Shown here: positions 31,257 to 41,527 of the stretch, piece by piece
Layout: every line of letters starts with the position of its first letter
Position numbering within the stretch: the stretch's first letter is position 1
Assembly: GCA_043822305.1 (NCBI GenBank)
Contig: JBDRBU010000087.1
Coordinates: 1 to 47,749, forward strand
Length of the DNA: 47,749 nt
DNA from: Candidatus Firestoneibacteriota bacterium
GTDB lineage: Bacteria > Oederibacteriota > D2-FULL-39-29 > JBDRBU01
Direction of reading: 5' to 3'
Program-made: the position numbers and the translations under genes
Notes under the pieces: model-generated
What the model saw: the letters and a program-made list of their open reading frames with translations, nothing else
The model's database searches: none
What the model was told of the DNA's origin: nothing

Positions 31257-32237
31257 ATGGCAGGAACAAAAAAAATAGAATATGCTCTAGGTGTTGACCT
31301 TGGAGGTACAAATATTGTTGCTGGATTAGTAAATTCCAAAGGGAAAGTGATTTATAGAGAAAAAATTCCAACCAGAGCACATCTTGGTGGTGAAAATATT
31401 TTAAATAGGATTGCTTCTGCAATTTCATTAGTTTTAAATAAGACTACTTCAGATATAAAAAAGAAAATTAAAGGTATGGGAATAGGAACTCCTGGTTTAG
31501 TTGACCATATAAAAGGAATAGTTAGGGAACCTCCAAATCTTCCTGGTTGGAAAGAAATTCATCTTAAAGAATGGTTGGAGAAGAAGTTTAAAATACCAAC
31601 ATATGTTGCAAATGATGGAAATGCATATGGTGTTGGTGAATATATTTTTGGTGCTGGAAAAGGTGCAGATAGTATGGTGTGTATTACCTTAGGAACTGGT
31701 ATGGGTGGTGGGTTAATATTAGATAAAAAACTTTTTGTTGGAACATATCAATCAGCAGGAGAAGTTGGACATATTGTTGTTGAAAAAGACGGTTTAAGAT
31801 GTAATTGTGGGAATGTAGGTTGTGTCGAAAGGTATATTGGTGCAAGTTTTATTGTAGAGAGGACAAAGAAGTTAATAAAATCCGGAAAAAAGAGTTTGAT
31901 TACAAAACTTGTAAATAATGATTTGAACAAGATAACTCCCAAAATTATTACAGATGCAGCTAAAAAAGGCGATAAGATTGCTATTCAAATATGGAAGGAA
32001 ACAGGAGAATATATAGGGACAGCATTAGTAAGTATTATTAATCTACTTTCCCCTGAAATTATTGTTATCGGTGGTGGAGTTTCTCTTGCGGGTAGATTTT
32101 TATTTACTCCCATAAGAAAAACAGTTAAGAAACGTTTATTTAAATATCTTGCCCAAAGGGTGAAAATAGTTCCTGGAAAATTATTAGATGATGCTGGTGT
32201 GCTTGGTTCTGCTTCTTTAGTCTGGCATCACTTTTAG
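31257..32237 (+). CDS. ROK-family sugar kinase (glucokinase-like)
   Basis: GVDLGGT, NDGNA, LGTGMGGG, GEVGH, C.CG..GC.E. Confidence 0.9.
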   Translation: MAGTKKIEYALGVDLGGTNIVAGLVNSKGKVIYREKIPTRAHLGGENILNRIASAISLVLNKTTSDIKKKIKGMGIGTPGLVDHIKGIVREPPNLPGWKEIHLKEWLEKKFKIPTYVANDGNAYGVGEYIFGAGKGADSMVCITLGTGMGGGLILDKKLFVGTYQSAGEVGHIVVEKDGLRCNCGNVGCVERYIGASFIVERTKKLIKSGKKSLITKLVNNDLNKITPKIITDAAKKGDKIAIQIWKETGEYIGTALVSIINLLSPEIIVIGGGVSLAGRFLFTPIRKTVKKRLFKYLAQRVKIVPGKLLDDAGVLGSASLVWHHF

Positions 32238-32252
32238 CAAATCAATATTCAT

Positions 32253-34259
32253 ATGAATAGTTATAGGACTTGGTTCTTAATTCTTAGTACTACTTTTTTA
32301 TTACTTTTTATCCGTAATACTTATTCAGAAGAAGAAAAGAAATCCCCGGTAGAATGTTCTGCTGATTATTTAGAGTATGATGAGATAAATAGTATTGTTT
32401 TTGCTAAAGGCAATGTTAAGATAAAATACAAAGATATAAATGTTACAGCCGATGAGGTTAAATTTAATACGAAAAGTTCAGAACTTTCCGCAAAAGGGAA
32501 TATTTCTGTTACAGAGAAAGATAGCATTATAAAAGGGGAGTTTGTTGATTATAATCTAAAAAGTAAAACAGGTATTGTTCGGAATATGGAATTTTCAAAA
32601 AAGCCATGGTATTTTAAGGGGGAGAGTATTGAAAGAACTGATGAAAAAAATGCTTGTGTAAATTCAGGATTTGCTACTACCTGTAAGTTTATGGACCATC
32701 CTCATTATCGTCTGGTTTCAAAAAAGATTCATATAGAATTAGATGAAAAAGTTGAGAGCTGGGATGTGCTTTTTTATATAGGTGATATTCCAATATTTTA
32801 TTTTCCTTATATTTACAGGTCATTAAAAAAGTCATCAAAAAGTCCTTTAACAGTTAAACCAGGTTATACAACAACAGAAGGTTTTTTTATTAAGTCTTCG
32901 TTTAATTATGATTTCTCGGAGTACTTATTTGGTTCAATCTTATTTGATTACATGGCCAACAAAGGATTTGGTTACGGTTTACAACAAAATTACCGATTTA
33001 AAGATTCTGATTCCGGAGGATATTTGTATACTTATTATATACAAGAAAAGGATACGGGACATGCAAGATGGAGAATAGATTTAGATCATAAAAATTATTT
33101 AGCCGAAGATATTTCACTCATGGGTAGAGTTAATTATTTAAGCGATGAGTTGGTTACAAGAGATTTTTCTCAGTATTATTACCCGGTTAATTTAAGAGAA
33201 ATAAGATCGTATCTGGCCTTAACAAAGCATTCTCGTGATTATACTCTAATTGTTTCTGCTGAAAGGCAGGATAAGTGGGATGAAAATGAAAATAAATATT
33301 TTGAAAACGCAGTATATTTACCAACTGTTAAATTTCAAACTTCTTCTATGAGAATTTTTGATACTCCTTTTTATGCGAGTTTTAGTTCTGAACTTACTAA
33401 CTATTATTTTCATAATACAATTGAGCCAACTAATAGTTATTATATATTAAGGATTGGTGTTATGCCCACTTTAACATATTCTTTTGCGTTTTTTCCCGGA
33501 CATACTTTAAGTAGTTCATTTGCCTTTAGTGAAACCTGGAGGGATAAGTCTGATTACGGTATTGAAAACAATGGTTTTAATGCTTCTTATTCAACAACAA
33601 TTAATCTTCATAATGCTTGGAATTCGTATTTTGAAACTGATTTATCACATTTATTCTCGCAAAGATTAACAAATATAGAGAATGACCAGTTTAATGGAAT
33701 AAGTTTAAATAAATTACAGGCTAGATTAACTTTTAGAATTAGAAATTTGTTTACAAATGTAACTACAACAGGTTATGATTTAAGACCAACTAACACTGAT
33801 TTTATAAATAAATTTGATGTTATATATAATAATACAAATATAATTTTTTCTGAAGATGCAGATGGTTTAATTAATACTCAGTATAGCCTGGCCCAGAGTA
33901 AAGTCAGGTCAGTAGATGCATATGCTAACCTGGGGAGGGCGAAAGATTTAACTATTGGATTAGGATTAAATTTTGTAGATAATACTCCATATATGAATGT
34001 TGTCGATGTAAATAGTAGTCTGGGATTTAATTTAACTAGTGATGTTAGGCTAGAGTTTTCATCTAAATATGATACCTCGCAAAATATTTTAAAAGAAATT
34101 AGAACAGCCATATCAGCAAATTTAACAGATTGCTGGTATGGAAATTTATCGTTATTAAAAAGTTGGAATAATATTTCATTTTCGTTTAATTTTCAATTAA
34201 GAGCGTTTAAAGAATCTGAATTAGACAAGAAATTATCACCCGAGTTATTTAAATATTAA
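32253..34259 (+). CDS. lptD: LPS-assembly protein LptD-like
   Basis: Signal peptide, OstA-like N-domain (AD, A.GNV), TTC...PHY, PIFYFPY, beta-barrel, C-terminal CW. Confidence 0.75.
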   Translation: MNSYRTWFLILSTTFLLLFIRNTYSEEEKKSPVECSADYLEYDEINSIVFAKGNVKIKYKDINVTADEVKFNTKSSELSAKGNISVTEKDSIIKGEFVDYNLKSKTGIVRNMEFSKKPWYFKGESIERTDEKNACVNSGFATTCKFMDHPHYRLVSKKIHIELDEKVESWDVLFYIGDIPIFYFPYIYRSLKKSSKSPLTVKPGYTTTEGFFIKSSFNYDFSEYLFGSILFDYMANKGFGYGLQQNYRFKDSDSGGYLYTYYIQEKDTGHARWRIDLDHKNYLAEDISLMGRVNYLSDELVTRDFSQYYYPVNLREIRSYLALTKHSRDYTLIVSAERQDKWDENENKYFENAVYLPTVKFQTSSMRIFDTPFYASFSSELTNYYFHNTIEPTNSYYILRIGVMPTLTYSFAFFPGHTLSSSFAFSETWRDKSDYGIENNGFNASYSTTINLHNAWNSYFETDLSHLFSQRLTNIENDQFNGISLNKLQARLTFRIRNLFTNVTTTGYDLRPTNTDFINKFDVIYNNTNIIFSEDADGLINTQYSLAQSKVRSVDAYANLGRAKDLTIGLGLNFVDNTPYMNVVDVNSSLGFNLTSDVRLEFSSKYDTSQNILKEIRTAISANLTDCWYGNLSLLKSWNNISFSFNFQLRAFKESELDKKLSPELFKY

Positions 34260-34312
34260 TAATACAGACGATAGACAATAGGTAAATAGTCAGTGAAAGC
34301 CGTGAGGATTGT

Positions 34313-34336
34313 ATTCCCCCTTTATTAAGGGGGAAT
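34313..34336. repeat. Palindrome ATTCCCCCTT-TATT-AAGGGGGAAT
   Basis: Perfect 10-bp stem in an intergenic region; terminator or dispersed repeat. Confidence 0.6.
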
Positions 34337-34400
34337 TAAAAAATAGAGGGCTTTTTTACTGAATATTTACGACCATAGACCATAGATTTAGAGGAAGGAA

Positions 34401-34991
34401 ATGAAAAGAGAAGAATATTATATAAAATATTTTGAACAGTGCCAGACGGTTTTAGATATAGGTTGTGGAGATGGTATTTTTCTTGAGTTATTAAAGAAAA
34501 ATAATATTATTGGTGTTGGTGTAGATATTAATGAAAGAGTTGTAAATATTTGCAAAGATAAAGGATTAACAGTATTTCAAGGCGATGCTGTTGATTTTTT
34601 GAGAGATAAAACAAATAATTATGATGGAATTTATATTAGTCATGTTATCGAACATCTTTTGCCAGAGAAAGTTGTTTCACTGATAAAAAGTTCTTTCTTT
34701 GCATTGAAACCTTCCGGAATTCTAATCGTTATAACTCCTGATGCGAAAAACATTAAAGATCTGCTTGGTGGTTTTTGGGAAGACGCTACTCATATTAGAC
34801 CGTATCCATTACCTTTGCTTGAAAAAATTTTTAAGGGTGCTGGTCTTAATGTAGTTAAGTCCGTAGAAAGAAGAAATGTGTATAGTGGAAAGTTTCTTTG
34901 GCAAACAAGAGATTTTTTTAGAAATATTTTAGTGGGTGATTTTTGGGGACGTGATGAAGTGTGTATAATTGGAAAAAAAATTATTCTATGA
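34401..34991 (+). CDS. Class I SAM-dependent methyltransferase
   Basis: VLDIGCGDG, SHVIEHL, LKPSG, FW.D.TH.RP. Confidence 0.85.
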   Translation: MKREEYYIKYFEQCQTVLDIGCGDGIFLELLKKNNIIGVGVDINERVVNICKDKGLTVFQGDAVDFLRDKTNNYDGIYISHVIEHLLPEKVVSLIKSSFFALKPSGILIVITPDAKNIKDLLGGFWEDATHIRPYPLPLLEKIFKGAGLNVVKSVERRNVYSGKFLWQTRDFFRNILVGDFWGRDEVCIIGKKIIL

Positions 34992-35000
34992 GAAATATTT

Positions 35001-35969
35001 ATGATTAATTATATTTTTAAAAGGTTACTTTTAAGTATAATCGTTTTATTTGGTATAACTTTAATAACATTTCTAATAATTCATATTACACCTGGTGGTC
35101 CTACAATTCTTCAAACTCAGATGAATACTAAAATAACCGCTGATTCAGTGGCGAAATTAAGGGCACTTTATGATTTAGATAAGCCACTTCATATTCAGTA
35201 TATAAAATGGTTAAAAAGATTTATAAAATTAGATTTTGGCGAGTCATTTGTAGATAATAGATCTGTAATAAAAAAAATCATAGAAAGACTTCCGGCTACA
35301 TTAACCTTAAATATTCTATCTTTGTTTTTTATTTTTATACTTGCGATTCCAATAGGTATTTTTTCTGCGGTTAAACAGAATTCTTTTTATGATAAAACAT
35401 TTACCACCATAAGTTTTGTTGGTTTTTCTATCCCAACTTTTTGGTTAGCCTTACTTCTTATGCTTTTCTTTGGAGTTTATTTACATATTCTCCCTATTTC
35501 AGGAATGAGATCTACTAATGCGGATAATTTTCCATTTTTACTGAATTTGTGGGATAGAATTATACATTTAATACTACCTGTTTTTGTTAGTGCCTTTGGA
35601 GGTCTTGCCTCAATATCAAGGTATACCCGGTCAAGTATGTTGGAAGTGATAAGATTGGATTATATTAGAACGGCAAGAGCCAAGGGGCTTTCAGAGAATG
35701 AAGTTATATTTAAACATGTTTTAAAAAATGCCTTACTTCCAATCATAACAATTTTAGGATTGTCATTACCAGGACTTATTGGTGGAGGATTTATTTTTGA
35801 AACTATATTTGCCTGGCCTGGTATGGGAAGATTAGGTTATGATTCAGCCATGAGTTTCGATTATCCGGTAATTATGGGAGTAGTTACTATAGGAGCATTA
35901 CTTACTTTGGTAGGGAATTTAATTGCCGATATAAGTTATGCGCTGGTTGATCCACGGATTAGATACTAG
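35001..35969 (+). CDS. oppB: Oligopeptide/dipeptide ABC permease, B subunit
   Basis: [38 protein letters not shown]. Confidence 0.88.
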   Translation: MINYIFKRLLLSIIVLFGITLITFLIIHITPGGPTILQTQMNTKITADSVAKLRALYDLDKPLHIQYIKWLKRFIKLDFGESFVDNRSVIKKIIERLPATLTLNILSLFFIFILAIPIGIFSAVKQNSFYDKTFTTISFVGFSIPTFWLALLLMLFFGVYLHILPISGMRSTNADNFPFLLNLWDRIIHLILPVFVSAFGGLASISRYTRSSMLEVIRLDYIRTARAKGLSENEVIFKHVLKNALLPIITILGLSLPGLIGGGFIFETIFAWPGMGRLGYDSAMSFDYPVIMGVVTIGALLTLVGNLIADISYALVDPRIRY

Positions 35970-36054
35970 GGAAAGAAGTAAAAAAAGGGGAGAAAGTGAA
36001 AAAAGTAAAAGAAATGAAAATGAGGGAAGTGAATAAAAAAAGAAAGAAAAAGAT

Positions 36055-36130
36055 GTAGTTGCAATCTTTAGGTTGCTTTAGGTTGCGATGTGTATGGTTC
36101 AACAATCGTAGGCTGAAGACTGCGGATACC
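36055..36130. repeat. Inverted pair of GTAG-REP-like motifs (REPIN-like)
   Basis: GTAGTTGCAATCTTTAGGTTGC with a 10-bp tandem duplication, and CGTAGGCTGAAGACTGCGGATACC whose reverse complement is 21/24 identical to 11758-11781. Confidence 0.7.
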
Positions 36131-36168
36131 AGTTACAACATTAACAGGAATTTGTTAATTATAAGGAA

Positions 36169-38940
36169 TTGATATTAATGAAAGAAAATAAACTAATAGA
36201 GTTATTTAAATCTAATCCAAGGTTATCTCAAGGGAATCTTCAAATTATTGCTTGTGCTGGTTCTGGAAAAACCGAGTTTGTTTCTACAAGAATTGCCTAT
36301 ATGATTTCAGAAAAAATTGCAAAACCAGAAAATATTGTTGCGTTTACATTTACTGAAAAAGCTGCTACTGAATTGAAGTTGAGAATAAGGCAAAAGATCC
36401 TTGAAATAAACGGAAAACCATCAGATATTGGCGATATTTATGTTGGTACAATACACGGGTTTTGTTTCAATCTACTTAAAGAATATATTTCAGGATTTCG
36501 AGGATATGATGTTCTAGATGAAGGAAAAAGATATGCTTTTATAAGTTCAATAAGGAATGATTTGAAATTATATCTATTAAAAAACTGGTTGAAAGGTAAA
36601 GGTAAGAAAAAATTCTTTGCCAAAACTGAAGAATCTTGGGCTATTAACAATTTTATAGATGGATATGATAAAGTTAGAGAAGAAATGATTGATGTAAAAG
36701 ATGTTAGTGATTGTGAATATTTTATTGAAGCGTGTGATATTTATCAGCAAAGACTTAATGAAAAAAAGTTCTTAGATTTCAGCGGAATAATGGATTTAAC
36801 TGTTAAAGCGTTACAGCAAGACGAAAACCTGTTAAAAAAAATAAGAGAAAAATATAAATATATTACTGTTGACGAGTATCAGGATATCAATCCCATACAA
36901 GAAAAAATAATTAAATTATTATCCGGAGATAATGGAAATTTATGTGTAGTTGGAGATGATGATCAATCCATATATCAATGGCGGGGCGCCGATATAAACA
37001 ATATTTTAAAGTTCAAAAACCGCTATAAAAATGTTCACATTTATCCACTACCTATTAACTTTAGATCTACAGATAAAATTGTTGAACTTGCAAATGAGTT
37101 AATTCAACATAATAAGAAAAGACTACCAAAATCAATGAAATTCTCTGGTAAAATATCAGGAATAGGGGATATTTACAAAGTTGAGTTTGATAATCAAGAA
37201 GAAGAAGCAATATTTATAGCAAATAAAATAAAGGAATTGATTGGAACTGAATATGTTGATAATAGCGGAAAGAAAAGAGGATTGACTTATGCTGATTTTG
37301 CAATATTTTTTAGGTCTGTTGCGTATGATGCTAAACCATATCTTGAGATTTTGGATAATAAGGATATTAAATATGCAGTTTCGGGAATAGGCGGACTTTT
37401 TGATTCAATAGAAGTGAAAGTTATATATCAAATATTGGCATATTTAAGTGATTTTAGTATTAATAAGGTTAAAAATAATTGGGTTCCACCAATAATTGAA
37501 GATCTCGCTGATTTTGCCATAAAAGTTTTTAAAAATATTAGTAAAAAGAAATTTATAAATAATTTTCAAGAATTAAAAAAAGAAATAAAAAAAACAAAAA
37601 GATTGTTTTTACAAGGGTTGTATCTTAATATTCTTGATTTACTTGGTATTAATGAGGAATCTTATCATAATCCAGATTTTGAATTGGAGATGTATAATCT
37701 TGGTAGACTAAGTCAGGCAATTTCTGATTATGAAGCTACCAGAACCTATTGTACATATAGAGATATAGAAGGTTTTTGTTGGTTTATTAAAAACTATGCA
37801 GAAGGTTCTTATGACGCAGGATCCGGAGAAGACCCTACATACTCTGTAAATGCTGTGCAAATAATTACGCTTCATTCAACAAAAGGTCTTGGATTTCCAG
37901 TTGTATTTATGCCTAAATGCATAGATAAAGAACCAAGAGATATTTCTACAGGGTTCTTAAATCCTAAAAAGTTTGATTTTAAAAGATATATTGGAACACT
38001 TGAAGATGAACGTAGATTATTCTATGTCGGTATTACAAGAGCAAAAAAATATTTATTTGTTTCTTCATTAAGACATAAAGGCAAAAAAAATACTTTTTGT
38101 AATACATCATGTTTTTTTGACGAGATAAATCCAAAATACTGTTTATGTAAACCTGCACCAGATCCGACAAAGAAGGAAAAGATTAAACCCGAGCTTTCTG
38201 TTGAGAATGCGATATTCCCCACAAATTATTCTGAATTAAGTGATTATATCAGGTGTGAATATGATTACAAACTACGTTACATTTACAACTTTAATCCAGT
38301 TTTAGTGCAGGCATTGGGATATGGTAGGCAAATTCACAATATTCTTAATTTATTACATAATCATGTTCAAAAAACAGGGAAAACACCTAATGAAAAACAA
38401 ATCCTCAATGTTATTGATGATCATTTCTACTTGAGATATGCTGCAGAATCTCAACAGAAAAAACTTAAAAAAAGTGCATCAAAATGTGTTAAAAAGTACA
38501 TGAAAATGTGGGAACAGGATTTAAGCCTTTCTGTAAGATCAGAAAGACCTTTTGAGATGGCAGTAGATAATGCTTTAATAAATGGAACAATTGATCTGTT
38601 AAAACGTAAAGAAGAGAAAAGTGATATTCTTGAGATAATTGATTTTAAAACAGGACAAAAGAAATTGACAGAAGAACTTGGATTGCAAGTGCAGCTTTAT
38701 ACTTTTGCAGGGCGTGAAGTGTTAAATCTTGATGTTCATAAAGCATATGTCCATTATTTGGATGATGATAAACAACAAAGGGTAGAAATATTGGTTACGT
38801 CAACTCAATTAGATCTTGCAATGAATACAGTTAAGGATTCTGTAAAAGGTATAACTAACAGAAGATTTGGAAGAAATCCAAAAAGCAAACACACATGTAT
38901 TACTTGTGACTGGAATAAAATATGCCCAAAGAAAAATTAA
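36169..38940 (+). CDS. UvrD/Rep-family SF1 helicase fused to C-terminal PD-(D/E)XK (RecB/AddB-like) nuclease; start TTG 36169 or ATG 36178
   Basis: ACAGSGKT, FTEKAA, VDEYQD, GDDDQSIYQWRGA, NFRS, KGLGFP, ERRLFYVGITRA; nuclease G.ID..IIDFKTG, Q...Y; cysteines in IRC and CITC.....C. Confidence 0.9.
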   Translation: MILMKENKLIELFKSNPRLSQGNLQIIACAGSGKTEFVSTRIAYMISEKIAKPENIVAFTFTEKAATELKLRIRQKILEINGKPSDIGDIYVGTIHGFCFNLLKEYISGFRGYDVLDEGKRYAFISSIRNDLKLYLLKNWLKGKGKKKFFAKTEESWAINNFIDGYDKVREEMIDVKDVSDCEYFIEACDIYQQRLNEKKFLDFSGIMDLTVKALQQDENLLKKIREKYKYITVDEYQDINPIQEKIIKLLSGDNGNLCVVGDDDQSIYQWRGADINNILKFKNRYKNVHIYPLPINFRSTDKIVELANELIQHNKKRLPKSMKFSGKISGIGDIYKVEFDNQEEEAIFIANKIKELIGTEYVDNSGKKRGLTYADFAIFFRSVAYDAKPYLEILDNKDIKYAVSGIGGLFDSIEVKVIYQILAYLSDFSINKVKNNWVPPIIEDLADFAIKVFKNISKKKFINNFQELKKEIKKTKRLFLQGLYLNILDLLGINEESYHNPDFELEMYNLGRLSQAISDYEATRTYCTYRDIEGFCWFIKNYAEGSYDAGSGEDPTYSVNAVQIITLHSTKGLGFPVVFMPKCIDKEPRDISTGFLNPKKFDFKRYIGTLEDERRLFYVGITRAKKYLFVSSLRHKGKKNTFCNTSCFFDEINPKYCLCKPAPDPTKKEKIKPELSVENAIFPTNYSELSDYIRCEYDYKLRYIYNFNPVLVQALGYGRQIHNILNLLHNHVQKTGKTPNEKQILNVIDDHFYLRYAAESQQKKLKKSASKCVKKYMKMWEQDLSLSVRSERPFEMAVDNALINGTIDLLKRKEEKSDILEIIDFKTGQKKLTEELGLQVQLYTFAGREVLNLDVHKAYVHYLDDDKQQRVEILVTSTQLDLAMNTVKDSVKGITNRRFGRNPKSKHTCITCDWNKICPKKN

Positions 38941-39617
38941 ATACTTCTTGTACTGGACATAGAAAAAGATTGCGGGAAAGATATCTAAAAACAGGTTTTG
39001 AAGGGTTTTCTGAACATGAAGTTATTGAATATTTACTGTTCTATGTAAGACCAAGAGAGGATACTAAATCTATAGCAAAAGATCTTTTGTGTAAATTTAA
39101 AAATTTTCATGGAATACTTAAAGCCGATATTAAAGAATTGAAACAAGTAGAAGGTATAAAAGATATTTCTGCTGAGTTTTTTAAGTCGCTTCAGTCTGTC
39201 GTGGAATATTATTACAAAGAAAAAACGAAAAATAATGAAATACAATTTTTAAATATTGATGATTTGGTTAAGTATTTAAAAGCAACAATTGGGAATAAAA
39301 AGAACGAAATTCTTGAATGTTTTTACTTAAATAGTAAAAACGAGCTATTAAAGGCAGAAACTTTGGGAGAAGGCACTGTTACAGAAGCAGTTGCTTTTCC
39401 TAGGAAAATTGTTGAAGGTGCATTAAAAAATTCTGCAGCTAGTGTTATTTTAGCTCATAATCATCCTGGGGGGTTAAATGAACCTTCAGAGAATGATGAT
39501 CAAATAACAAAAAATGTCATGGAGGCTTTAAAAATAGTAAAAATAAATTTACAAGAACATGTTATATTATCGGATAATGGGTATTATAGTTATAGAAAGA
39601 ATGGTTTTTTTGATTAA
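38922..39617 (+). CDS. radC: RadC (HhH + JAB domain) protein
   Basis: GHRKRLR, G.V....PR, LAHNHPGG...PS.ND. Confidence 0.9.
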   Translation: MPKEKLNTSCTGHRKRLRERYLKTGFEGFSEHEVIEYLLFYVRPREDTKSIAKDLLCKFKNFHGILKADIKELKQVEGIKDISAEFFKSLQSVVEYYYKEKTKNNEIQFLNIDDLVKYLKATIGNKKNEILECFYLNSKNELLKAETLGEGTVTEAVAFPRKIVEGALKNSAASVILAHNHPGGLNEPSENDDQITKNVMEALKIVKINLQEHVILSDNGYYSYRKNGFFD

Positions 39618-39631
39618 AAGGGGGTTCTAAT

Positions 39632-41527
39632 ATGCCTGATAATAAAGAAAATGATTTACAAACAGGTCTTTACTGGAAAAACAAAAAGACAGAAGTTGAA
39701 AGAATTAAATTACCTTTCCAAACTATTGAAACAATAAACGAAAGCAGAGCGACCCGCGAGCAGGAAAAAAAGATTGGCTCAAGTATGTTTAAATCTGAAC
39801 AGGATAAAAGTTGGTATAACCGATTAATTTGGGGAGATAATAAATATGTAATGGCTTCTTTATTGGATGACTTTGCTGGCAAGATAGATTTAGTTTATAT
39901 AGACCCACCATTCTATTCTGGTGCTGATCAAACAATAAAAATCCCAATAGGCGGTGATGAAAAATTATTAAAGGAGCCATCAGCTCTTGAGGATTATGCA
40001 TATAGAAATACTTGGAATAAAAATCAAGAAGGATTTTTTCAGTGGATATACGAAAGGTTATTAATAATTAGAGATTTATTATCTCCGAATGGTAGTTTAT
40101 ATATAAGATATGATTGGCATTTTGGTCACTATGTTAAAATTATTGCTGATGAGATATTTGGTAAAGACAATTTTAGAAACGAGATAGTTTTAAATAGAAT
40201 AAAAAAAAGCGATACAAATGTTAGAAAAATAAATGCTGCAACAGATTCGTTATTTTTCTATTCTTTTGGTGATTATATTATAAATCATTTAAAAATAAAA
40301 ATTAAAAAAGAGGAAGGTTATTGGCATGCTATGGATTCCCAAGGACAAGGTGAGGTAAGAGTGTTTTTTGGGAAAAAAATGGAACCACCTTCTGGTAGAC
40401 ACTGGACATTTAATCAGGAAAAAATTAATGAAATGATTAAAGAAAAAAGAATCAGACTTAATCCAAAAACAGGTACCCCGGCGTATTGGATAGATGAAAA
40501 GGATGAACAGCTGATAGATTCAAATTGGACAGATATCCCAGGATATTCATTTTCAACTCCGTATCCAACTGAAAATGCTGAAGAAGTATTAGAAAGGGTT
40601 ATTAAAATATCTTCAAATCCAGGACAGTTAGTAGCCGACTTCTTTTGTGGTTCTGGTACAACGGCTGCTGTTGCTGAAAAATTAAGTAGAAGATGGATAA
40701 CATGCGATATTGGTCGTTTTTCCATACATACCACAAGGAAAAGAATGTTAGAAATAGAAAATTGCAAACCATTTATTGTCCAGAATCTAGGTAAATACGA
40801 GAGACAGTATTGGCAAGGTATAACTTTTAAGAAAAAAACAGAAGAACAGACTCCACTTTATGAATATTTACAGTTTATTATTAAGTTATATAATGCTGAC
40901 CCATTGACAGGTATGATGCATATTCATGGTAAAAAAGGGAAAAGATTAGTTCATGTAGGCGCAATAGATGTGCCGGTGACATTGTCAGAAATTCAAGATG
41001 CGATAAATGAAACAAAGAAGGCAAAACAAGATTCACTAGATATTCTTGGTTGGGAATGGGAAATGGGATTGCATGATGTTGTGGAAAAGGCAGCAAAGTC
41101 AAACGGCATAAATCTTAGATTGTTTAGTATCCCGAGAGATGTTATGGATTCAAGGGCTGTTGAAAAAGGTGAAATAACTTTTTATGAACTTGCATACTTA
41201 GAAGTAAAAGCTGAAAAAAACAAAGAAGGAAGTATATATATTGAATTGAAGGATTTTGCAATTCCGAATATGGATTTAGTTCCACAAGAAGTAAGAGAAA
41301 AAATAAAGAAGTGGTCGGATTATATTGATTATTGGTCTGTTGATTGGGATTGGAATGAAGATACATTCCACAATATGTGGCAATCATATAGGACAAAAAG
41401 AGAAAGAAAATTAGATATTAAGTCAGATACCCATAAATACGATAAAAGAGGTAAACATCTAATAATGATAAAAGTCATTGATATTTTTGGAAATGATACA
41501 ACCAGGGTTTTGGAGGTAAGTGCTTAA
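39632..41527 (+). CDS. Type III-like N6-adenine DNA methyltransferase (Mod) with long C-terminal extension
   Basis: LIWGDN, YIDPPF, DFFCGSGTT (beta-class order); C-terminal IDYWSVDW, KVIDIFGNDT. Confidence 0.88.
   Translation: MPDNKENDLQTGLYWKNKKTEVERIKLPFQTIETINESRATREQEKKIGSSMFKSEQDKSWYNRLIWGDNKYVMASLLDDFAGKIDLVYIDPPFYSGADQTIKIPIGGDEKLLKEPSALEDYAYRNTWNKNQEGFFQWIYERLLIIRDLLSPNGSLYIRYDWHFGHYVKIIADEIFGKDNFRNEIVLNRIKKSDTNVRKINAATDSLFFYSFGDYIINHLKIKIKKEEGYWHAMDSQGQGEVRVFFGKKMEPPSGRHWTFNQEKINEMIKEKRIRLNPKTGTPAYWIDEKDEQLIDSNWTDIPGYSFSTPYPTENAEEVLERVIKISSNPGQLVADFFCGSGTTAAVAEKLSRRWITCDIGRFSIHTTRKRMLEIENCKPFIVQNLGKYERQYWQGITFKKKTEEQTPLYEYLQFIIKLYNADPLTGMMHIHGKKGKRLVHVGAIDVPVTLSEIQDAINETKKAKQDSLDILGWEWEMGLHDVVEKAAKSNGINLRLFSIPRDVMDSRAVEKGEITFYELAYLEVKAEKNKEGSIYIELKDFAIPNMDLVPQEVREKIKKWSDYIDYWSVDWDWNEDTFHNMWQSYRTKRERKLDIKSDTHKYDKRGKHLIMIKVIDIFGNDTTRVLEVSA

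Noticed and set aside
39632..41527. Phase-variable simple sequence repeat in mod
   Set aside because: Only A-runs typical of AT-rich DNA; no tandem SSR tract, and the frame is intact.
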